A stretch of DNA of 64,000 nt from Trichinella spiralis (taxonomy: Eukaryota): positions 7,629,741-7,693,740 of the forward strand of contig NW_003526941.1 of assembly GCF_000181795.1 (NCBI RefSeq). The letters run 5' to 3'. Under the pieces are notes generated by a model. The model saw only the letters and a program-made list of their open reading frames with translations. It searched no databases and was not told the origin of the DNA. Numbering within the stretch: position 1 is the stretch's first letter; the number at the start of each line of letters is the position of its first letter. Shown piece by piece: positions 40,472 through 53,956 of this stretch. The translations under genes and the position numbers were made by a program.

Positions 40472-42055
40472 TTACGAGTTCATGTAATAACTCCAGTAAG
40501 CAATGTTGAAAAGGGAAAAAAGTGCCGGAAAGGCAAAACACGAAGCGCGATCAATTCTTTCCGCCATGTATACTGGTCCAAGCAGTGACCAGCACTTCTG
40601 AAAACAGTAGGTTCGCGTTGGACCGGCACCGACCGCTTGTCTCCAAGGGTGGCGCATCAGAAACCCGCTGCTTGTCGGCCTTGGACAAGATCGCTTTGTG
40701 TCGTCGGTCTGCCGACGATTTGGTAGTTCATTCGGCGATGCATTCTTCGTCAAATAGCCTATCACCGCCAATTCGAGCAGAGAACAAAAGTTGAACGTCA
40801 TGCATGCCAGCATCCATACATCTAGAGAAAATAATAATAATGAATAAATGGTAATTACAACAATACAATTCTTGAATAGATTTTCTTTTTTTCACAACGT
40901 ACACATACAAATCAATAATATATTATTTACATTACACTTACCGATTGCTTTTACATAACTGACACGTGGTAAATTGCGCATAATGTTTCCAAACATCATG
41001 ATCATCGCCAAAAGAGAATTTACACCGAGCATCGTACGAGCCGGTATTGCATACGGACCCAGTGTGAAACTAACCCAACTGATGAAGATGGTCAAATAGG
41101 TTGGAATGTACGCCTGCAGCACGTACCAAACATATCTCCTTTGAAAAGTGAACGTCACGTACAATTCATCCCATACTCCAGCTGGTGAAATCTGCAAAAG
41201 CAAAATATACAATTTGTATGATTTGAATTTTAGATAATAATAATAATGAGCAAAAAAGTTGTACTGGAAAAACAATATGTTCATTCAAATAAGCATAACA
41301 AATATGAATTACGTGAATTTCCACTCTAGTAGAAATGTTGACCAAGTCAAAATCTGGCAAGCTGAACTGCTTCATTTGGAACACTTTGCCCTCGCCCCAG
41401 CGCATTTTCACCTCATCGCTGTTATAATTGAAACTCTGATAAATGAGCGTGCATTTTTGCTTGTCCAAAGGAAATGAAGACAAATCCATACTGCACGGAC
41501 CACGCACTTTTACCCTAAATAAAAATTATAATATTCACAACGATATAAATAATATCCACCACTAAGCGAACGAGAATTCCCCTGGTCTCACCTGTAGTTG
41601 GTCCAAACTGTACCGTTCGAGTAGACGGTCAAGTAGATGTTTCGAAATGGTGAATCATGAATTGAAGCCATTTTGCTATTAATAAAGCAAGAATTGGGCG
41701 TCCAAATTTTGTCGAAAACATGATGCGACAAAGTGATGTTCTGCTTGCAAGGATTCATGGCGTCAAAGCGCAACGCTTTGTCCATCCAAATTTCGTTCAC
41801 GTAGATGTCCATTTCGAAGTCGGATGTCAGCTCAGAGACGGAACTGATTTCTTGAACCCAAAATTCCACCATCACCACAACACCGTTCGGATCCGGAACA
41901 CGGTGCTTGTTGTACAAGTTGGACTTGAGCAGTAGATCTATAATTGTTGAATCGTTTGCGCAGGATTCGAGCGTAGTGAAATCATCCGCAACGCTGTTTT
42001 CCAGTTGGGCACCAACCAAACACAACAGTACCATCCAAACGACCCCACCAAGCAT
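40472..42055 (-). CDS. Cys-loop ligand-gated anion channel, nematode ACC (acetylcholine-gated chloride channel)-like group; 4 exons
   Basis: Signal peptide, [12 protein letters not shown], Cys-loop [16 protein letters not shown]1 [23 protein letters not shown] anion motif, [13 protein letters not shown]4 [15 protein letters not shown]. Confidence 0.93.
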
Positions 42056-45000
42056 TCCTTCCTGAGGTATTCAAGGCCTGCGCGAAAGATGCAAAAGAGA
42101 AAAAAGATGCACATTTACACAAACACATACATACATGCATGCATATATATACATGTTGATCAATTCATTTATCATGCAATTATTACCGATGAATGGCGAT
42201 GATTTGCAATTGCTGTCGTCCGTAATTGTAGTTGTTGTGCAAAGGGAAAGAGAAGAAAAGAAGAAAAATGAAAAACTTGTGCTTCTCAAAATCACAACCG
42301 TAACAAACCAAGTCGTGATGAACCACACCTTTATTCTAGCTTAAACAAAAACAACACAAAAAACACTGTAAAATCAAACATCAATTTTTCTACAACATAA
42401 TCATCAATCAATATGAATAATATTTTTTCAATGTAATAGAAAAAAGTCGACTCTGATTAAAAAAATATACAGAAAGAAGAAAAGAGAAATAGTTGAAATT
42501 ATTAATAAATTAAAAATAGTCGCATTGCCTGGCCTTTGCCTATGGCAAGCATTTCTTCATCTGCTCGATCAATGGAACATTGATCGAACACCGTATGCGT
42601 TTTTTCTGCCAAATTGATTACAGATTTTAAATGGAGATAAATAAATAAATAAATAATTGAGCTAACTTCCCCCCCTTTCCCGATGGATTTGTTTTGTCTA
42701 CTTTTTGAAATTGGTAAAGCGCGCTGATCAGCACCAATAGCAGCAGTAAAGTATCAGTAGAGGTAATGGCCCACAACCAACTGCTAACTGCTAACTGCAG
42801 TCAATTTGACAATTATTGAAAAATATACATAAATAAAAAATTTAATTTAAAATTAATTCAAAGGAAAAAAAAAGAAAAGCAATAGCTGAACGTTTACGCA
42901 AACGACGATGATGTCATTCGTGTCTTGTTAAATAATTTCACCAGAACACTATTCCCCATCCTATATTCCATTACGCAGCAAAATTTTGCACTTAATTGAG
43001 ATTTAATTTTTTTTCATCTTCCCCATTAAAACACTTTTCGCAGGATTATTTGTGCTTGATTGACATTTCAGCGATTAATGAAATAAACGATCCCAAGTTG
43101 ATCATCTCTGAAAATCATTTTTTAATAAAATTCTAATTGAAAAATTTTATTCACTTTGAAATCAAATTTACTGACATTATTTAAAAAAATAATAAAATTT
43201 GTTCACCATCTCTTTGATTAATTCATCAAAAATTTTACAAAAAGCAACTTATATATTACGCATGTCAAAATTATGCATTTCAATTTTAATTGATCATTAA
43301 AAAAAGAAAGTTCACATCAATTTGTCAGTATCATTAAGCGTGCTTACCAGTGATGATGATAATTGAATCTGCAAGAATCTCTCAAATGTGTAAAACGTTG
43401 ATTGTGCGGTCGCAGGCACATTTTTCTGTGTCTTCATCTCATTAGTATGAAGAAAATAGCAGAACGACCAAGCTGAAAACAAATTCCTATCATCGATCAT
43501 TAATCTGTTACAATCAAAATTACCGTAACTTTAAAACATACAAAAAATATCTATACAGTAAATATGTTGCGCAAAAATTGCGTTTGGATAAAAAAATAAA
43601 TAAATGTCTTGATTAAAAAAAAACAACAACAAATAGTTTAATTCGTTGAGTGAATTAAAATTTAAAAATTTGTATAATAAATGAGAATTTTGATTTTGGA
43701 TTCGATCAAATGATGATGATAGATAGACAGATATGGAATGTCGTGAATTCGGATTAAATGAAACAAATAAAAATAAAAATAAATCACAGTGAACTGAACA
43801 AAAGAAACAATGGAATTGTGAAAGATGAAATTATGCGAATCTAAAAGTCGAAAACGACAAGCAAACAAATCTATCATAAACATCAATACCGTCTTGCGAG
43901 AGAGATTGACGACCAACCGACAACTTCTACAGTAATCCAACTTCCTCAAATAGAACTAATTGGCTAATTGAAATCTTACTCTAATAAACTTATCCAACGA
44001 CTGTCGCTGGTTTATTCGCCTTTTAGTAACACTGAACGACGATTAGCAGGCTATTTATAATAATAATAATAATAATAATAATGATGATTAATTTTTGAAA
44101 ATTCATTTTTTTGCGGTGGGGAGAGGGGAGGGTGTACACAGAAATTTTCTCTTGACAAAGTCAAAGAAAGAGATGAATTTTGTCACATTTCAAAGAATAT
44201 GAAAAATAACTAATAAACAAGCATACATCGATTGCACCAAGCTAAAATAGCCCCCAAGTGCAATGTGAATGGATTTTAGCAACACTGCCGGCATTGATTC
44301 AACGCTTTTCAAAGAGAGTGAGAGTTCCAGTAAATTGAACTTACATAATGTTTTTTTTTTCAAAAGTGCTCCGCATGTAGAAGCAGTAAAAGCAGTAATA
44401 GTAGTAGCAGTTGTAGAAGTGGAAATGGCTGCGGTGATCCAATTACAACAAATTGACGGCCACTTTTGAAAGTTGCAAAGTTGAATGTGCTTTCAGCAGA
44501 CACACCTGCTTGCTCGGTTGCTTCTTGTTTCTCAAATTACAACATTTTTCTCCTTCTTCTTCTACAAAAAAAAAATAAAATTTACACAATTTTCAATATT
44601 CATCAATTAAAATTGTCAATTTGAAGTGGAGAAATTTGAATGGAGAAAAAATTTACAATCGTCTATAATTTAAAAACAAAAGTCAAAAGTGAAATAATAA
44701 TATTTTAAAAAACAAAACAAAAGTACACAAAATACTAACAATACAACTGTTCATAATTTATTACGCATAATAAAAGTAAACAAATGAAAAGAAAAGAATG
44801 TCTGAACAGTTGCTCGAAATGAAAACAAGCTTTTCAAACATAAGCATGCTGGCATGCATGCATACAACAATATACTTTACTACTTTCTTTGATAATAATT
44901 TATGGAATATTAAAAACAGAAATTTATTTATAAATTCTATATTATTGATTTGTGTTATAGTTGAGGTAAAAAGAGAAAGAAAGAGAGAGGGAGAGAAAAA

Positions 45001-46745
45001 AAATTACATATACTTCATAGATAGATGGATATAGTATAGTATAGTATAAGCAAAGGCAAATTAGCCACGCGCAACGTCAGTAGTGCCTGCTAGTCGTGTT
45101 CAGCGAGCAGGCATGCAAGCAGAATAGCTTTCATCAGTCAAAGTGATTCTTAATGCATTCACAATATGTGTGTCCGTGTGCTGTAAAAGCTGAATATGAA
45201 AGAAATACGACGAATGAACTGACCCAGTTACTTTCAAAATCAACAGCTTAAATAGCTAACATTTATCTCCAAAGTGATAATAACACAGTGATAAATTTAT
45301 TACCACTTTGGCCCAATGTAAGCGCGAGCAAAAATTCTTATTCGACCAAAATTCTTTTTCGGTTGCTATTAATTAAAAAAAACACAAAAATTAATAATTA
45401 TAATTATTATTTTCAACCATTTCCATCGGTTGAAATATGCATAATAAAAGTTGTCATATTGAGCAAGCATGAAAATCATTTTAGTCGCTATTCTCAATTA
45501 GTCCGCGACTTCTGGTTCCAAACTTCACTGAGCCACAACCGCAGGCGGCGGCGGCGGTCCCGGCGGACTTTTGCCAAGCCGATGCTTTTTAATTCAATTC
45601 AAACGTCAACGCAAATTATGTCCGCCATCCGCTAGCGCAAAAGACCCCCACACACGCACAGCACGCTGAAAAGCTTAATTGATCTTTTTCACATGTGAAA
45701 AGCACAAATCAAAAGTTGCGGGATCTCGATTCTTTGTTGTTGTTGTTGTTGTTTTTTGTTTTTTGCATTGCATCTATTAGCATACTCAGATATCTGACCC
45801 ACCTTTTCCAGAAATGCAAATAGATACTGTGGAAAATTCATACAAACAATGGAAATTGACCATTTCCAAAGCAAAGCAACAACAACAACAACAATCCTTG
45901 TCAACAAAAAACAGTTTCCTTGAAATCAACACATGCAAATTTAAATTCATCTCGCAAAAAATTATCCACAATTTTACAATCGTTAAATTAATACGAGAAA
46001 AATTATTCAAGAAGAAAAACAAATGGATTAAATAAAATCATCGAATAAATATGGCAAATATTTTTTAAACATTTCATAAATATGTATGATAAAGATGAAA
46101 TACAGAAATTCTGATTCGATGATGAAAAAATAATTTTGTCCAACTTGCCTAATGGAAGATAATGCAATATTGATCAATCAGAAACGGATTTAATCTTCCA
46201 ATCAAAAACTACCTCATTCTCCTCCCAATAACAACAGATCTCATCAGAAACAAAATTTCAACTTTTTCCTTCGTTTTTGCAACTAAATGTAAAAATTACT
46301 AAAACTCAAATTCAAATTAGGCAATTGGCCAAATTCTGCACTGAAATATTCAATGCAAGCAAGCTTCAATCATCAGTCTCTTCTTGATACACAAAGAACA
46401 TTCTTATTGAAAAGTGGAAAAATGAAAATTACTCAAAAAGCAAAACTATTACATTACTGCTTTGAATAGAAGTCAACGAAGCATATACGGAAATTTGTGA
46501 AAAAAAAGCTGCTGCATGGCAAATATGTCAGCTTATATATATACGTGAGAAATATAAAACAGGAAAAAATTTTAATTTTAACAAAGTTAAAATTAAATGA
46601 AAAACCCCCATGAAACAAGACAACATTCTGTAATGGAGCATTTGCTTTAATCCGTTTTTTCATCACATGTTGTTGTTTCACTGAGAAAAGCTTCAAGTCC
46701 AACTAGCTGGTATACTCATACACATATATATATATATATATATAT

Positions 46746-47156
46746 ATGGGCAATGAAAGAGTTGCTAGTCAGTTCAGTTATGAGCAATTGAACCAGGCCG
46801 TTAATAGCCAAATAGCTGGGCTAGCTGGGCTAGTTGGACAATTTTGCTTGCTTGAAAAGTTGAAAAAGCTTGCCATTGACGTGGCAATTTGTCGCCTTTC
46901 AACGACTGACAAATCACATTTACGTTGCCACGCAGATGAGCCGGCTGGCTCTGGTCTACCGGAAACAAAGGTAATTTAAAGCTGAGAATTTGCCAGCTGC
47001 TGTACATAAACGTACACACACACACACACACACATAAATATATATCTATCTATATTTAAATGCTATATATAAAATTAGCTTGGTGGTAGAAAATCGAATT
47101 TCGTCAGAGGAGCAATTTTAGATTGGAACAAAACCAAAGCAAATTCAACCGACTGA
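46746..47156 (+). CDS. Possible small two-exon hypothetical protein
   Basis: ATG 46746, donor AAG|gtaatt at 46970/46971, acceptor ttag at ~47078 with frame continuing to TGA 47154-47156; no homology recognised. Confidence 0.2.
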
Positions 47157-47253
47157 TGCAAGCAAGCGGATAAAATTGGAGAAAAAGAAGAAAGCAGCAT
47201 TATAATATATATGTATATGCATATAGATATTTTATAATTGTGGAAAAAATAAC

Positions 47254-48144
47254 ATGAAGAACCGCAGACCGAAAACAATTCGACAAACTTTTCGTGAAGT
47301 ACCGCCCAAAAATGTCTACTGGCTCTTGTTGTGCATGTTTTTCGCATTTCTGCTTATTGGTATTTTCCTTACCTGCTACGGGTTCTTCTATTACGAAACC
47401 AATCTGAACCTCACCAAAGTTGCACGTCTTGCTGGCGTATTTGCGTTTTTGGTCAGCGTTGGATTACTGATCGCCGGATTTGGTAATAATTCTTCTTTCA
47501 TATTTTTCAACGATGAAATAATTAAAAAAACAAAATAATAATAACTCAAAATATTTGCATACGTAAAATTTAAAAAAATAATATTTACTGTTGAATATTT
47601 TCGTGGAAGGATATAATTGCAGTGTGTATCTTTGGTAGTGTTAATTGTATAGATGAAAATTAATGAATAATGATCAAGTTGATCAACTCTGCTGAATTGA
47701 AATTGTTCACATTCGTTGGTTATTGTAGTGACCATGTCAAACTGCGTTTCACGTTCTTTTGAATCAATTGGCGACTACGATGCGCATCAGCTAGAACAAA
47801 TGCAAGCAGAAATGGAAAAAAAAGAACAACAAGAAGATGAAGCAACACAACGTTTCATCATTTCAAGTAAGCAATTTGTTCAATTCATTTGTTTTCTCCT
47901 TATTGAATGAACAAATTGACAAAAAAAAACGGTAAACATTTCTCAACAAACAAACAAACAAACAATAATTACCAAGCAACAATTATTCAAATTTTAAAAA
48001 GATTCATAATTTGATTGTTTTTACCATTTTCTCGTAGAAAGCATGGACTTCGAAACGCACAGGTACGCAGTGGCCGCAATTTGCCCGTCTTGCTCTAGTC
48101 CACACATCCAAGAATTGATTTTAAATTCCAACCAGACTTGTTGA
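47254..48144 (+). CDS. Small hypothetical two-TM membrane protein, 3 exons
   Basis: Exons 47254-47482, 47729-~47866, ~48038-48144 join in phase via GT-AG introns; two hydrophobic helices then an acidic, coiled-coil-like tail. Confidence 0.6.
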
Positions 48145-48569
48145 GAAAAATGAAACAGAAAGAAGTATAAACAAAAAGAAAAAATTACATAAATGCAAGC
48201 ATAATTTCATTTATTTAACATAACTAAAATTGATACATACATATTATATATATATATATATTATTTTAAAGTTATGTTTCTAAATTATCATTATTAAATG
48301 TTTTAAATTGCTTAACAATCGCTAAATGAAGTTGAATTATCATCATCATCAACTTTGAAAATCAACAACAACACACATCACACAGTACAATTTTCTTTCA
48401 CGTTACAGTATGAAATAAAAACAATAATAATTTTGAAATAAGAAAAAACAAAACCGATATAATTAATAAATTTATGATTGATTAACGGAATTTTAATAAT
48501 TTTTTTCTGGAAGAGAAAAAGAAAATTCAGTAGCTGAACGTTGTTTTGAAAGAAAAAAAATTTGTTCAT

Positions 48570-49718
48570 CTACGGTTTAGTGGATGAAAGGGAACGACAT
48601 TCGGTGATTTCGCTTTTTGAAAGTTTCGGCAATTTCGAGCTCGCCTCTTTGTCAAAGAGAAACAACAACCGACCGGTCGTAGGTTTCACCATCACTGCAG
48701 GAAGGAATGGATCTTTCCTGTTAATAATTCTCTGCGCAAGAAAATTCGAATAAATATGCAAATATTGGAAATATGAATATGTATACAAAATTTTTCTGAA
48801 GCATAACCAAAAAAAAATCTTGTCCACAAGGGCAAAATTGACTTACTTCGACAATGTCAGCTTTGGAAGCTCCGCAGGTTACGAATACGATCTGACTGGC
48901 GTTGTTAATCACCGGCAAAGTCAACGTGACACGTCGAGGCGGTGGCTTTGGCGAATCGCCAACAGGTACAACCCAACGATTGGTTTCCTGTTTGTTTTGT
49001 GAAATAAACAAATTTTTCGCTGCTTTTTCAAGAAAAAAACAAAAACAAAAACAATAACCTTCAAAGCCGCGTGATCCGGAAACAGTGAACAAATGTGACC
49101 GTCAGGACCGATGCCGAGAAGGAGACAATCGATTTGGGGAAATTGGGCACCGGATTTTTCCTAAATTGCAAGAGAATAAAACGCAAATTGTGTAAAGAAA
49201 GCAATCAAAACTGACGAGTTGATTTTGAAAAATTTCTCTCAGTCGATTTTCATAATCTGCTGCACAATCGTCGACTGAAAAAATTTATATTAAACAAAAA
49301 AAATTGTATAATCAAGTAAAAAACGACAGTATGCTCACGGTTCAAATCCGGATCTATGGGAAGAAAGTTGGCCGTTTGAATGGCCGGAATTGGAGCGATG
49401 ACTTTGCGCTGGTATTGACCGTAGTTGGACTCGTCGCTTGAAAACGGTACAAGGCGTTCGTCGCAGAATATGAACCAGACGTGCTTGAAATCGCAGTTGA
49501 CCGCTTGCAACGCTTCGGCCATGATATCCGGCATGCTTCCGCCTGATTTGGAAAAATAAAAATATTTAATCAATAAATTTTTAATAAATAATCAAACCTG
49601 ATAAACCGATGACGCAGTAATTTTTCTCCAGACGTTTCTGCTCGACGAGCTGGTGAATCAGTTTACCAAGCTGAATTGCCATACCTTTACGATCTTCGGG
49701 AAAAAGTATCGAAGCCAT
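48570..49718 (-). CDS. PGLS: 6-phosphogluconolactonase
   Basis: [32 protein letters not shown] and [15 protein letters not shown] motifs across short-intron exons; ATG 49718, TAG ending 48570. Confidence 0.95.
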
Positions 49719-49891
49719 CACACGCGTGCCAACTTGAATTTCTTTTTCTTCTTCTGTATGTTTTTTCTTTTCAAATAGATTAATACAATTCAACAACAAA
49801 AATCAATGTAAACATGAAATTCATACAAATAAATTTAAATAAACAAACGTATTTTTGTGATTTACTAATCAAAAATAAATAAATTTCAATT

Positions 49892-51344
49892 TTAAAAATT
49901 CAGTGAAGTTTGAATTTGATCTCGGACATAATTGGCAATTTCTTTTTTCAACGATTCGGTGAGAATTTCGTTCACCTTAAACAAAGTTGTACTTGTGACA
50001 ATTTCTGTGCACTTGAATGCATCACAATACCTTATACGCCAAGGAGTATTCATACGCTAACCAGAGTGATTTTTCAAACAGCATCACTTTGTTCTCGGCT
50101 AACAAGCAGCAGCAATTTCGAAAACGGGCAATATTGTCGTGCGTATCATATGTTAATGGCTAAAATTAAACTGTCCTACAACAATTCACTATTCAAACAG
50201 TACTTTTGCACACTTGTATTATATCCATAAAACCGCTGCTGCTGCAATCTTTTTCTTCTTCGTCTGTAGGAGCGATCCATATATTTCCATTTATCCCAAA
50301 TGATACTGTTACTTTGCAAGGAAAGTGATGCAGATGTACTTTTCTCTTTTTTATTAAAAAGGACGGAACCGACACCAGGACACCTTGATTAAGCTGAATA
50401 TGAAGCAATTTTACATATAAAAATAAACAACAAATTTAAATAAACTTGTAAAAAATTCACCTTGCGATGAATATCGCGCAACTGCAATGATAGAGATCCG
50501 TCTGCGTAAACGCTCATCACTTCAGCCTAAATATGAATATGTAAAAATTGCTCAAAACAACAACAACAACAAAACCAACACTAATCAAATCGCCTTCGAC
50601 AAGATTTTCCCGCATCCATTGTTCATCTTCTTCAGATTTACGTCTCTAAATTTTAATTTTAATTTTAAATTTCTTTCTCTTTTCTAAATTAACTACCGAC
50701 CAACTCGCCTCCTGGCAAATTAACCGAAGACAACAACAGTATAGCATTCAAACGAGCATTGACGTCCACTTTCCATCGTTTTTGAAGCACTTCAACAACA
50801 CGGCCAATAACATAATCACCAACTGAACCGCAATAGCGAGATCGAACCGTTTCAATGCAAATAAATTTGTTCGTTTTTTTCGCAATGCCAACTGTACTGA
50901 CCAACAGCTCACCGTTGTCGTTGAAATATGTCCCATGACCACTGAAATGAAATGAACGACAAAATTAAAATTATTCCGTCGAAAAAAATAAAATATTTTT
51001 CTAATATAAACGATATCAAAACAAAATGTTGTAATCTTTCAAAAATTGCAGATCAAATGGCATTTACATTTAGAACAAATTTTACAACACACGTCTTGGT
51101 AAAAACGTCGACTTTTGAAATAGCCAGCGCTTTCAACCGTTCAATGAACTTCTAATCATTGCTATTTACGGTGAAATAATTTCAATTAAAGCTTCCAATT
51201 TTCAAAGTAAAAGTGAAAAATAACGCACCGCAAATACTTCTGCCCATCCACAATAACACAACCTGGAATTACCAAATTTGGCGGTTCGTCTGCTGAAGAT
51301 TCAAGAGACAAACGTGAAATATCATCATAATAAGTTTCCATCAT
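49892..51344 (-). CDS. EXOSC2: Exosome complex component RRP4
   Basis: LVIPG...LRGHGTY, RYCGSVGDYVIGRVVEVLQKRWKVD, LSSVNLPGGEL, GINGNIWI, IARFRNC; ATG 51344, TAA ending 49892. Confidence 0.94.
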
Positions 51345-52037
51345 GCGTAACAATCAATGTCAAACATATGCAAAACGTGGGCACCTTTCAGATGTACTGT
51401 AATATTCAAGTTTGTTCTGATCATCTGAATTTATATACTGAAAATCAAAATTTATCAATATGAAAAATTGAATATGCAAAACAGAATATACAACTTTGAT
51501 ATTGTTTCATGTGAATTTAATTTAAAAGTTGAAACAGTGCTATGGTGTGGATTTCAAGAACAAGTTGTAGTACAAATTGTTGTAAATTCAATTTATAATT
51601 TCGATTGAAATATTATACTTGTTTTGAGCATTTCAAACATTGCATATTTATATTTCTTTATTTGTGCTTTTGCTGTTGCTCACATACTCCGTCTTTGATG
51701 CTTTTTATTACTTTATTAAAAAATTTTACTCTTCATAATTTTTTTTAAAATATCATCACAGAAGCCATTTTCCTTTTTTAATACATTTTGAAAACATGTT
51801 TTCCTACTGTAATTTAAACTTTATTTTCTTTAACTTTTCTTAAACATATTTTGCGACGTATCATGTTATTAATTTAAATATAATCTTTTAATTTGAAAAA
51901 TGCATAAAAAATGAAATTATATATTTTACTGAATTGTCATTTATCACACCACGTTGTCAGTTTATACATCAATTATTTCAATAAATTTATTTGATTGAGC
52001 AAAAGTGAATGAATAAATTTTTAATTTTTAAGGTGAA

Positions 52038-53581
52038 ATGAGTGGTAATCTTAAATTTGAAGTGATAGCTCGTTGTCATGTTACAAAAGCGAGAGCAGGT
52101 GTTTTGAATTTCCCCAAAGCTGTTGTAGAAACTCCTGTATTTATGCCAGTCGGAACTCAAGGAACATTAAAAGGCATTCTTACCGAACAGTTGAAAGACC
52201 TCGGCTATAATTTACTTCTTAGCAATACTTACCACCTTGGACACAGACCTGTAAATTCTATTTTTTTTCTTTTCTTTTGTAGCGTTACTCTTGTTAGGGT
52301 TCAAAAACAGTACAAATGGCCGGTGGACTGCACAAATTTATGAACTGGAATTCATGCATACTTACAGTAATTTCATTTTTATCTAAATATAAAACACTGC
52401 TAGGAATAAGTTTTGCTCATATTTCTGAAGCAGTTTTTTAAAATCTTTTCACATTTGTAGGACAGTGGCGGCTTTCAGATGGTATCACTTGCAAAGTTGA
52501 TGAATATATCTGAGGAAGGTGTACATTTTATCTCTCCGCATACTAAAGAAGAAATGCTACTGAGTCCCGAACGATCTATAGAAATTCAAAATTCTCTCGG
52601 TGCGGATATCATTATGCAGCTAGATGATGTAGTGCCATCGTTGACCGTTGGTCCACGGGTCGAAGAAGCTATGTATAGGTACACATTTGCATGTTTAATG
52701 AACTGACTATTTTTCAATTACTTGGAACGAATACATTTCAATAGAAACTAGCATTTAAGGTCTGTTCGTTGGCTTGATCGATGCATTGCTGCTAACCGCA
52801 GACCAAATGAGCAGAATCTTTTTCCAATCGTTCAAGGAGGCCTTGATCCAACGTTGAGGATAAAATCTGCCCAAGGTTAAAATTATTTTTTAATTATTAG
52901 ATTTTTACTTATACAGAATTTTCAGAAATTTGTCAACGGAATTGTCCTGGCTATGCAGTTGGTGGACTGAGCGGTGGTGAAGACAAAAATCAATTTTGGC
53001 GCATGGTTAGCATCAGTGGTGATAATTTACCGGACTGTAAACCTCGGTATTTGATGGGAGTTGGCTTTGCAGTTGATTTGCTGGTTTGTGTCGCTTTGGG
53101 AATGGACATGTTTGATTGTGTTTTTCCGACGAGAACTGCTGTCAGTTTGCTGTATTTTTTCCTTATTGCTCTATTATATATAATTTTATAGCGTTTCGGC
53201 AGAGCATTAATTCCTGGTGGATCATTGAATTTGAAAAAAGCAAAATACTCTACCGATTTCAAATCGATACAGGAAGGCTGTGATTGTTACACATGTAAAA
53301 CATTTACTCGATCTTATTTATGTTCTGTGGCCGTTCACGAAACTATTGGTTGCCATTTGATCACCATTCATAATTTACATTACCAGGCAAATTGAATACT
53401 TTTAAGAAAATATATCGTAATACTTTATTTGTAGATTATGCTAATGAAAGAGATTCGTCAAAGTATTATTGAACAAAGATTCGATACATTTGTTAAAGAT
53501 ACTCTAAAACTGCATTACCCGAAAGAAGACTACCCTACGTGGTTGGCAAATTCAATGCAATCTGTCGGCATAAAACTTTAA
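52038..53581 (+). CDS. QTRT1: Queuine tRNA-ribosyltransferase catalytic subunit (tgt-1)
   Basis: [68 protein letters not shown] zinc site, HNL; TAA 53579-53581. Confidence 0.97.
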
Positions 53582-53841
53582 GTAGTTACTTTTTTTATTT
53601 AATTTTTTCCGCTTTTTAATAAGGATGGTATCGCTGCATGTGCATGATTGTATGATAATTATACAATTGCCGCGTATGTTTCACATTTCAATCTCTGATT
53701 AGTAGAAATATTTTTTATACTTGTAAAATTGGATTTTGTATATTTTTGAAAACCATCGTCAAATATTATGTTATTTATTTGAAAAATGTTAACAATGTAT
53801 AAAATGTTATGAATGAGAAAATAATAATAAAACAATGTGAG

Positions 53842-53926
53842 AAATTAATATAGTGAATATAATTAATGCTGATTAAAATTAATATAGTGAATATAATTAA
53901 TGGTGATTAAAATTAATATGGTGAAT
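53842..53926. repeat. 34-bp tandem repeat, ~2.5 copies
   Basis: aaattaatatagtgaatataattaatg(c/g)tgatta repeated, between convergent 3' ends. Confidence 0.8.
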
Positions 53927-53956
53927 CGGTCAGTAGAAATTTTAATTTTCAACAGC

